From the IMG/VR virus record IMGVR_UViG_3300046171_000231, positions 171,762 through 235,761 of that record: a stretch of DNA of 64,000 nucleotides; one strand, 5' to 3'. Shown here piece after piece: positions 56,872 to 63,967 of the stretch. Under the pieces are notes generated by a model. The model was not told the origin of the DNA, ran no database searches, and saw nothing but the letters and a program-made list of their open reading frames with translations. Position 1 is the stretch's first letter. Each line of letters starts with the position of its first letter. The translations under genes and the position numbers were made by a program.

Positions 56872-57041
56872 TCTTCCTCTTCGAGTATGTGGATGCCACC
56901 ATTGTCAATAAACCATTCAAGATTCATTCCCTCGTACCAACCGTATTCATTCATCATCCATTCTGGGATTGTGAGTTTATATTCACCTGTGATAGTGTCT
57001 GTTGTGATGGGTTGGATTTGAGATTCAGAATCGTGTTTCAT
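56868..57041 (-). CDS. AbrB/MazE (SpoVT-AbrB) swapped-hairpin domain protein (57 aa)
   Basis: ITTDTITGEYKLTIPEWMMNEYGWYEGMNLEWFIDNGGIHIL; promoter TTGCAA-17-TATACT at 57090-57062. Confidence 0.7.
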   Translation of the reverse strand: MKHDSESQIQPITTDTITGEYKLTIPEWMMNEYGWYEGMNLEWFIDNGGIHILEEEE

Positions 57042-57279
57042 GTATGATGTTCACTTCTTCCAGTATATAGTACATAGGTATTTTTTGCAAATCCTGTGTG
57101 CTCATTTTTACACACGAAAAAAAATCTGTACCCCCTGCGTAAACTAAGTGCGTTTTATATTTACAGGTCGATTTGGGTCGTTTATAGCTTAATGGTACCT
57201 TGCGATTTTATAACGGGGGGGCGGGAACCCGCACCCCTGCTGCCAACGCACGAACAGTCTCAGGTGAGACTCAGGGAGA

Positions 57280-57528
57280 TTAGTCCCTGTCGGTGTAGTG
57301 ACCTTCGGTAACTCTTTTTCCGTTCAGAGCATACCAGCAGACCTCTGCAAATCCAAATTCCTGTGCTAAGTCGTAGCACATAGGGTAAGCGTCCTCCAGT
57401 GTTCTTACTGGTTCTTTAACATTTGTGTTAGGAACTTCAACGAAATATGTAATCATAATTAAAAAGTGAATGTAATTTATATACTTATTATAACGAATAG
57501 AGTTCAGGTCCGTGGGGTAAATATCCAC
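57280..57528 (-). CDS. Small early protein (likely start MITYFVEV)
   Basis: ORF track; CYDLAQEFGFAEVCW. Confidence 0.6.
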   Translation of the reverse strand: MDIYPTDLNSIRYNKYINYIHFLIMITYFVEVPNTNVKEPVRTLEDAYPMCYDLAQEFGFAEVCWYALNGKRVTEGHYTDRD

Positions 57529-57773
57529 CGAACCGAAACAATACGTTACATATAAGAAGTTAATGCGTGGGGTCGATTCTTACAGTATTTTATACTCTTC
57601 ACGCACCACCCCACAGAGTCGGTTATAAAATCAACCAGTTGATCTTCTTCGGTAACGTGCCATAGCCCCAGAGTGTTGTCCGTGATGAACTCCTGCTCCT
57701 GCTCTGTAATTGTTCCCATAGAGTCCGTGAAGTCGAACTCTATTTTTTCTACAATGAAAGGACTGCATTAGGA

Positions 57774-58019
57774 TTAAACTCCTAATGCGTATTTACTGCA
57801 AGGGTGCGGATTGCTTGGAGTGCAACCGAATGAACCAAAGAAAGCATCTAATTGCTCTCTGTCTAATTCGGGGTCGTCAAAGTCAACCTTTGCGATTGAA
57901 TCGACTCCCCACTCTGCAACTTCGATTTCAAATGTTTCAAAATCTTCGCATACATAAGCAACGTCATAGAAAGATTCTTTTTCGTTGATTCTGTTGATTA
58001 GTCTTTGTGTTTTTGTCAT
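57774..58019 (-). CDS. Small acidic early protein
   Basis: Preceded by TTGACT-17-TATTAT (58046-58074) and a CCCCTT leader. Confidence 0.65.
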   Translation of the reverse strand: MTKTQRLINRINEKESFYDVAYVCEDFETFEIEVAEWGVDSIAKVDFDDPELDREQLDAFFGSFGCTPSNPHPCSKYALGV

Positions 58020-58601
58020 AAGGGGTGAATGAAACTTATACTATAATAATAAAGGAAAAAGGGGAAAAAGTCAATAGTTTTTCCCCCTCAAATATTAAGA
58101 CTTTATTAACTTATGTTGGTCAGCGGGTTTGAATCCGTCAACACCTAATTCCGCTAATAAACATCTGTCATATAATGAATTACAGATTTCTGTTAACTCA
58201 TCACTGCTTGCCCCCTGTGTGGGGTCGTAGTCAACCCACCCATCAGAGGGGTTGTTTAAGTCGCCAATTTCTACGCACTGGTCGAAACTTGTTGTAACGT
58301 GCGATTAATTGATAATCGCCTTTTATGTACATTGGTTGAGTCATTGAATTAAACATAATTAGTGTCTGTCTGAGATGTACCACACACCATAGCGGTTTGA
58401 TTTCTTGAGGTTCAAAGTTTCTCTTTGACATCTCTTTTAATGCTGCTTGAACAACTGGATTTTCAAGTGCTGATTGATTTACTAGGACTTTTCCGTCGTA
58501 GATTGGTTGTAAGTTTTTGTTGAACATAAGAGGTTGCTTAACTACTTCTATTATAAAGGATAATTGGGGGAATAAACCCCCATATCAGCGAATTGAAACA
58601 A

Positions 58602-58864
58602 TTAGTTACATTCAGAAATTACTTCGTTTAATTCGTCAATGTTTGCTTCGCCCCAGTCTGCTCCGTCAGGTGTAGCAAATGACCCTATCATTGCTTGCAT
58701 TTCATAAAGGAAATCTGCATAGTTTTTACATTCTTTTGCTATGCTGTAAAAACCTTCATCATTTCTTATCCATAGGGCAGCGTTCCAAGTTGTCCAGTCT
58801 GTCCATCCGTTGTATTCTGTCTTAATGTCTGAAAGGTTTAATTTTGGTTGTGAAAAGTTCATAA
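58602..58864 (-). CDS. Conserved phage early protein (YNGWTDWTTWNAALWIRNDEGFY); likely start MNFSQ
   Basis: Recognisable widespread phage motif; TATAAT and CCCTT leader upstream. Confidence 0.7.
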
Positions 58865-58932
58865 GGGAAAACTGTTTAACTACCCTTATTATAGTCTCTG
58901 GAAAGAACATATCCAGTAGACTTAATAAAGAT

Positions 58933-59274
58933 TTAATAATCTGTAACATTTAAAAATTGATTGGTTAAGGTATGCTCTAATGCGTATGCCTCCTCCTCTC
59001 TTTGTGTGTCATCTCTTAACCCCCTTACGTTTTGGTCAACGTGAATTAATTCGTGTATAAGGGTTGTTATAAAATCCTTTTCCGTTAAGTTGTTATGGAT
59101 TTCAATTTCGTTTTGGTCGTTGTTTTCTAATGTCCAACCAAAGACGTTATCCTCTGTTAAATCCGTGGGAATAACTTCAATATCCACTTCCGTTAGGTTT
59201 GGATATAATCCAGACATAAACTCAAAGATTTGATTTCCAAGAGTTGTAAATCTTTTATTAGTGATAATAAACAT
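58933..59274 (-). CDS. HExxH zincin / SprT-like metallopeptidase
   Basis: EIEIHNNL...TTLIHELIHVDQ...EEEAY. Confidence 0.75.
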   Translation of the reverse strand: MFIITNKRFTTLGNQIFEFMSGLYPNLTEVDIEVIPTDLTEDNVFGWTLENNDQNEIEIHNNLTEKDFITTLIHELIHVDQNVRGLRDDTQREEEAYALEHTLTNQFLNVTDY

Positions 59275-59396
59275 AAGGGTTAATTGCTTATATCCTATTA
59301 TTGCATATTTTCATATAAAAAAACTGGGTAGTGTGCCAGTTCATAAACTGTCCACTTTAGCTTGCACTGGTCAACCTCTCCGCTTATAATAAAGGT

Positions 59397-59461
59397 ATAA
59401 GAGGGGCAGGGTCGCCCCGATGACGCAAAAGTTCGACACTCCCCCTGCCTTCTTTTTTTTT
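59397..59461 (+). ncRNA. Candidate small structured RNA 1
   Basis: TTGCAC-17-TATAAT promoter, 5'/3' pairing stem, T9 tail, no ORF. Confidence 0.55.
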
Positions 59462-59471
59462 AAAAATAAGC

Positions 59472-59498
59472 AAAAAAATGAAGGTACTAACACCTTCA
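59472..59498 (-). terminator. Terminator of the MutH-like gene
   Basis: TGAAGGT-gttagt-ACCTTCA followed by T7. Confidence 0.75.
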
Positions 59499-59548
59499 GA
59501 GTTTTTTACAGGCACCTTACAGGCGATCCTGGTGGGAGTAGTTTGGTA

Positions 59549-60142
59549 TCATATGATACTCTTTGCGAATTTCCCTGTTAAGTAAAATGCCATTCCCTTA
59601 TTTTTCAATGTTACCCCTTTATAGGTTAATGGGTGATAAGGTTTTGAATCTTTTGTTCTGATTTGTAGTAAACCATTTAATCCTGTAATGGTTGTTAACT
59701 CTTTATCGTCTAAGTATGCAAATTGAACTTGTTCTGCGATATATTCAAAATCTTCTTCTAACATTGCATAAATTTCGGGGTTTGAATTTTCATTAATTGT
59801 TGTAGTTCCTATGAAGTTGTTTTCTCTGTCAAATGCAACAAATAATGTATTTTTTAATTTGATACCAACTTTAGTTTCTGGGAATGTTTTATAACATTCG
59901 TCATCAATTAATTCTGGTAATGTGTGTTTAAGTTGAGTAACCGCAATTGATTCCCCTTTAGTAAACGACTTCAATTCTCCGTCTACCATATCAGTAAGTT
60001 TAGAACTATTGGGAATACCAAGTGCAAGTTCTAACAACTGTCCCCGAACCCCCTTATTTTTTCGGGGTTTTGGTAGTGTGGTAAAATCAACCTTAGTTAG
60101 ATTGAATTGTACTTCTGAGAGGGTTAAAGTCATTTGCTTCAA
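59549..60142 (-). CDS. MutH/Sau3AI-family PD-(D/E)xK endonuclease
   Basis: NKGVRGQLLELALG...TD...GELKSF and LQIRTK match MutH/Sau3AI motifs. Confidence 0.8.
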   Translation of the reverse strand: MKQMTLTLSEVQFNLTKVDFTTLPKPRKNKGVRGQLLELALGIPNSSKLTDMVDGELKSFTKGESIAVTQLKHTLPELIDDECYKTFPETKVGIKLKNTLFVAFDRENNFIGTTTINENSNPEIYAMLEEDFEYIAEQVQFAYLDDKELTTITGLNGLLQIRTKDSKPYHPLTYKGVTLKNKGMAFYLTGKFAKSII

Positions 60143-60268
60143 TTGCGGTTATACAACTATTATAACCCCACCCATTCACGAAATGGGGCTACAGGTGTGC
60201 CAGTTTGTTAACTGGCATATGGGACTTACACTCCTAACCAAATTTGGATGTATGATGCCCAATAGGTG

Positions 60269-60451
60269 CTATATGCACCTATCGTCAAATAGTCTCTGTG
60301 CTTGCTTCGTGATTGCGTCACGGACTCCACCTCTTGGGTGAGCAAGTAATTCATCTAACTGCTTTTGAGTTAGTTTGTTTGATACTCTGAAGTTTTCTTC
60401 TGCTTCAACTAAGCAATCTTCAAGTATTGATTCGTGATGTAATGTACTCAT
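60269..60451 (-). CDS. Small early protein
   Basis: MSTLHHESILEDC...; promoter and CCCTT leader upstream. Confidence 0.65.
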   Translation of the reverse strand: MSTLHHESILEDCLVEAEENFRVSNKLTQKQLDELLAHPRGGVRDAITKQAQRLFDDRCI

Positions 60452-60526
60452 TTTTTTAAGGGAAATGTTTGTTATGTACTTATTATAGTCGGTAAGAGTA
60501 CCTTTGCAAGTACTCTTAACAATCTC

Positions 60527-60790
60527 TTAATATTCTGCAATCTCTCTAAGATAGCAATCAACCTCCGCAAAGGTTAACCAACCTTTAATTGAATCGTCTA
60601 TAATGTGACCATTTGGGTTGATTTCGGCAAGTTCGTATAATCCGTCATCACCCCCATATGAACCAGTATGGTTTGCAACACTAGCACCCCAACCATTAAG
60701 AAAATGAAATTTTTCAATCTGTCCACCAGTCCTGTAAAGTACCGCATAAGGTTTAAATGTGTTTAAAGAGTGAAGTTGTTTAGTAGGCAT
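60527..60790 (-). CDS. Conserved small phage early protein
   Basis: FLNGWGASV...SYGGDDGLYELA...GWLTFAEV. Confidence 0.7.
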   Translation of the reverse strand: MPTKQLHSLNTFKPYAVLYRTGGQIEKFHFLNGWGASVANHTGSYGGDDGLYELAEINPNGHIIDDSIKGWLTFAEVDCYLREIAEY

Positions 60791-60875
60791 AAGAGGAATT
60801 AACTTGTATGTACTAATTATAAAATGTGGTTAGGGGCTTTGCAACCCCTATTGTGCCACTTTCTAAACTGGCATA

Positions 60876-61298
60876 CTACCAGTTGTTACAGAATACATAT
60901 CCGTTATTGAATGTATAATCCCATGAGAGTCCATCTTCCCATGTTTTCTCCCAGTCGATAGCAACCCAATAGGGCATGTCTGGCATCCCGTAGCAATCAT
61001 TTAAAAAATTCTCAGCAAATTCTGCTTCGCTGTCGAACCTTCCATGATACGCATCATTAAGGTGTTCAACATCCATGAGATCAAATTCCTCAAGAAATGC
61101 GTCAACTGTCTCTTGGTCGTATTCTTCAACCATTCTTGCGTAGTCTTCAAAATAACAAACAAAGTCTTTTGCTCCGTGAGTTTCGATAAACTCTTTCATT
61201 TCGTCTTCGTCATGCCCGTCTTCAATTAATCCTTCTAGGTGTTCTTGGGCATGTGCTTCAGTTGGAAATGAAGTTGTTGGGGCGATTTCGTAAGGCAT
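60876..61298 (-). CDS. ArdA-like antirestriction (DNA mimic) protein
   Basis: Very acidic; DAYHGRFDSEAEFAENF...PYWVAIDWEKTW resembles the ArdA C-terminal domains. Confidence 0.72.
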   Translation of the reverse strand: MPYEIAPTTSFPTEAHAQEHLEGLIEDGHDEDEMKEFIETHGAKDFVCYFEDYARMVEEYDQETVDAFLEEFDLMDVEHLNDAYHGRFDSEAEFAENFLNDCYGMPDMPYWVAIDWEKTWEDGLSWDYTFNNGYVFCNNW

Positions 61299-61364
61299 AG
61301 TTTAAGGGTGAACTGTTTTAAGTATAGGATAGAGGGTCACGCATGGCAACCCCCAAATATTAAA

Positions 61365-61558
61365 TTAATATAAAGAATAACCTACGACTTCTTCTCCGAA
61401 CATTTCCGAAGCATCAACCGCATGAAATCCAGTTGTTAAAAGTCCGTCAATATAGGACTCATCTTCCAACTCTTCGGGTAGGTCATCTTCTTCAACATCA
61501 TAACCAATGTTGATCTCATCTTCAAGAAGTAAATCTTTGTATTCGTCAATAGTCATTT
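61365..61558 (-). CDS. Small very acidic early protein (likely start MTIDEY)
   Basis: TTGCAT-17-TATATT promoter and CCCTT leader lie inside the longer ORF call. Confidence 0.6.
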
Positions 61559-61629
61559 TTGTAAGGGAAATTTGTTTACGTTCTAATATAAACCAAGTTG
61601 CAACCCAATGCAACCCAGCTTGTGCCACT

Positions 61630-61797
61630 TTATGAACTGGCACGTCTTCGCTTGATTTCGTGTTTGGCAAGTGCTAGTCTTTGGTTCTCTTCTTCAGTGT
61701 TGAGAAGTTCCATTATACTTAATGCACGTATCATGTTACGTAACCCGACCATCTCCATGCGACGCACGTAACCCGCCTGATTATAGGTGTCGATCAC
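61630..61797 (-). CDS. Small early protein (55 aa)
   Basis: MIDTYNQAGYVRRMEMVGLRNMIRALSIMELLNTEEENQRL...; stop lies inside palindrome 4. Confidence 0.55.
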   Translation of the reverse strand: MIDTYNQAGYVRRMEMVGLRNMIRALSIMELLNTEEENQRLALAKHEIKRRRASS

Positions 61798-61934
61798 TTC
61801 ATCACCTCATCAACTAGGTTATCGTAAGTTTGAATGTCCCAACCTTTCTGCTCTGGGACTTCCATTTCGTATGCGAACATGACTAGTTCTTGTAGGTAGT
61901 CTAGTTGCGATTGTGTCAATGTTAGTTGTCTCAT
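61794..61934 (-). CDS. Small early protein (46 aa)
   Basis: MRQLTLTQSQLDYLQELVMFAYEMEVPEQKGWDIQTYDNLVDEVMK. Confidence 0.6.
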   Translation of the reverse strand: MRQLTLTQSQLDYLQELVMFAYEMEVPEQKGWDIQTYDNLVDEVMK

Positions 61935-61971
61935 AGGGGTGTGTGTATCTAGTTGTATTATAGCATGTGTG

Positions 61972-62012
61972 TCTAGTCGAGATTGTTAAGACATGCTTAA
62001 GTCTCGACTAGA
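61972..62012. repeat. Inverted repeat TCTAGTCGAGA...TCTCGACTAGA (hairpin of the array decamer)
   Basis: Perfect 11-bp arms with an inner TTAAG/CTTAA pair. Confidence 0.8.
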
Positions 62013-62019
62013 TGTTTTT

Positions 62020-62349
62020 TTAAATCTTCATTCCGTCAACGAATGGTTTAAGAGTTCCGAAATCAGATAGGAACCAATCAAAGTTTCTCTGTACCACTCT
62101 GGCACCGTCACAAAACTCTTCAAGTATTGCATTTAATCTTGATTTGGTGGTTACGGTCTCCCAACCTGCACTTGAGATGTTAAAATCATTTGATGCAGTA
62201 TCAAACCACGCAATGCAATTACCGTGAAGCATAACGTTTACTTCAGTCGTGATGCCATCTTTTTTGTAGCAAGTGACGGTGGTGTTACTACCTGACCAGT
62301 TCTTTCTGTGTCTGATAGCGTGGTTCATTTGCTCTTCAATCTTTCTCAT
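62020..62349 (-). CDS. Conserved phage early protein (TTKSRLNA motif); true start MRKIEE
   Basis: Own TTGCAT-17-TATAAT promoter; the upstream part of the 277-aa ORF call is the shadow of the next gene. Confidence 0.72.
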   Translation of the reverse strand: MRKIEEQMNHAIRHRKNWSGSNTTVTCYKKDGITTEVNVMLHGNCIAWFDTASNDFNISSAGWETVTTKSRLNAILEEFCDGARVVQRNFDWFLSDFGTLKPFVDGMKI

Positions 62350-62431
62350 AATGTTTGGGGGTTGATTTACTTTTATTATAATGGGTGGGGTTACGCAATG
62401 CAACCCCAATGTGGACAGTTTAAAAAGTGTC

Positions 62432-62932
62432 CTAATAGTATCCTGCTGCTTCCATTCCTGGTTCATCATAGAAACATTGGAATGATAAGTCTGGATACTT
62501 CTCACGCAATTTCTCCATAATTCCTTCGGGTGGACTCCAAGCAGTATCAAATTCGAGTTCCAATATCTCCGCATCATTATACTCAATGTCAACATCCCCT
62601 GCATCCCACTTTGTACCCCAGTTATTAACGCACCACATATACCAACGATCATCATTCGTACCATCTGGAAAGTTGTATGTTTCCCACATAAGTCTTCCGT
62701 CTTTGTTGAATTCCTGTTTGAGAACTGGTAATACTCCTTCCTCATTTGGAATTGTCTTGAAATCAGGTACAGGAAAAATCTCATTAAAAGGTTGTGCCTT
62801 TCTGAAAGTCTCCTCAATCTCCTTGAGTTTTGCTTCTGATTCTTCATTACCAAAGATTGTAATTCTGTTGTGACACCAGTTCGGCATAAGGGTTCTCCGT
62901 TTGTGTATGTACTTATTATAATGGATGGTCAC
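62432..62932 (-). CDS. DUF1281/YubB ferredoxin-like domain protein (likely start MPNWC)
   Basis: MPNWCHN...WYMWCVNNWGTKWD...FDTAWSPP...YDEPG. Confidence 0.8.
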   Translation of the reverse strand: MTIHYNKYIHKRRTLMPNWCHNRITIFGNEESEAKLKEIEETFRKAQPFNEIFPVPDFKTIPNEEGVLPVLKQEFNKDGRLMWETYNFPDGTNDDRWYMWCVNNWGTKWDAGDVDIEYNDAEILELEFDTAWSPPEGIMEKLREKYPDLSFQCFYDEPGMEAAGYY

Positions 62933-62959
62933 ACGGATGCAACCAATAGTAGACAGTTT

Positions 62960-63106
62960 CTAAACTGTCATAGCCAGTATATCCATATACTGTTCGTAGG
63001 TGTATACTACATCTCCAACCTCTACATCATACGGGTACCAACCGTAATACTTGTAATGGTCCCGCACATAATCCTTGATTTGGGATTTGACTTCTTTCAT
63101 CTCCAT
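62960..63106 (-). CDS. Small early protein (48 aa)
   Basis: MEMKEVKSQIKDYVRDHYKYYGWYPYDVEVGDVVYTYEQY...; stop inside palindrome 6. Confidence 0.6.
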   Translation of the reverse strand: MEMKEVKSQIKDYVRDHYKYYGWYPYDVEVGDVVYTYEQYMDILAMTV

Positions 63107-63234
63107 TAGTCTACCTCTGGGTATGAGTAGAACAATTGCCAGTAGAGGTCATTCATCAAACCAAACTCAAACGATGTTGAAGCGTGGATATCAGTTTCGC
63201 CCTCATAGCATTTCATAATTTCTTCGTAGTTCAT
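63106..63234 (-). CDS. Small early protein (42 aa)
   Basis: MNYEEIMKCYEGETDIHASTSFEFGLMNDLYWQLFYSYPEVD. Confidence 0.55.
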   Translation of the reverse strand: MNYEEIMKCYEGETDIHASTSFEFGLMNDLYWQLFYSYPEVD

Positions 63235-63360
63235 ACAGCGGGGATAACGTTTACATTCCTACTATACCCCACTCACAACAAAAAACAACCCGTAATGGAC
63301 AGTTCATAAACTGGCACACTCAAGGTTGTAATGTCCTTTATATTCGATTATAATGAGTAT

Positions 63361-63425
63361 ATAACAAAAACAAGAGTCTGGGGTAGGACTGATAGAAAAC
63401 CTTCGCCACTCCCCGAGCTCTGAAA
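63361..63425 (+). ncRNA. Candidate small structured RNA 2 (homologous to RNA 1)
   Basis: TTGTAA-17-TATAAT promoter; GGGGTAGG...TTCGCCACTCCCC core. Confidence 0.5.
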
Positions 63426-63489
63426 TAATAACTGTAACCTTCTGTAATATTTGGGATGGATCTTATCGCAATCCAGCTGCCCCGTCAAC

Positions 63490-63665
63490 TTAAGTTGTGC
63501 CACTTCGGATACTGTCCACTGGCACCCCGTTCTCTAGCAATTTCGTGTTAGAATGGATAAACTCATCGGGAAAAGAGTTTATGCTTTTCGCCCAATCAAT
63601 TTTTTCGACCTTCAGGTCATCCCAACATTCGATGTCTAGCGTGACTGTGTACACACGCTTATGCA
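63490..63665 (-). CDS. Small early protein (likely start MHKRVYTV)
   Basis: TTGACA-18-TATCAT promoter at 63726-63697. Confidence 0.55.
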
Positions 63666-63747
63666 TGATAATGTGTATCTCGAAGTGTATGTACATATGA
63701 TAGCACACATCTAGATGACGTGTCAAGTATATGAGTATATGCACACA

Positions 63748-63928
63748 TCTCGACTAGATGATATGATGTGCGGGTGTCTCGACTAGATTCATATTCACAT
63801 ACAGTATATGAGATGATGAATGATGATGAGAGTCTCGACTAGACTTATTATATGTGTGATATATCTCGACTAGCTTCTATGAGAATTATGAGTATCTCGA
63901 CTAGGAAAAATTATCAGACCTCGACTAG
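63748..63928. repeat. Array of six (T/C)CTCGACTAG decamers with unique spacers
   Basis: Copies at 63748, 63777, 63833, 63864, 63895 and 63919; spacers 19, 46, 21, 21 and 14 nt. Confidence 0.9.
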
Positions 63929-63967
63929 TTTTTATGTCAGGATTCTCAGAAATTTATGCCCGTGATG

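Larger units (their letters stand above)
59333..63519. promoter_or_regulatory. Eight copies of a palindromic operator-like motif MCASTT-N4-WASTGK at the centre of early promoter cassettes
   Basis: Copies at 59333, 60197, 60853, 61622, 62411, 62949, 63295 and 63497. Confidence 0.85.

Noticed and set aside
58243-58527. 94-aa ORF as one protein
   Set aside because: Appears to be two small genes joined by indels; removing one A gives ...QEINRYGVWYISDRH*.
59401-59455. tRNA or hammerhead ribozyme (GTTCGAC; CCGATGA...AAAA)
   Set aside because: No cloverleaf, the T-arm has only 2 bp, and the hammerhead CUGAnGA/GAAA core with stem II is not satisfied in either copy.
62020-62853. 277-aa ORF as a single gene or overlapping gene pair
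   Set aside because: The 5' part is the alternative frame of the DUF1281-like gene and crosses a promoter cassette; the real gene starts at 62349.
63748-63928. CRISPR or mini-CRISPR array
   Set aside because: Repeats are only 10 nt, spacers range from 14 to 46 nt and are low-complexity, and there is no cas gene in the window. Kept as an iteron-like array.
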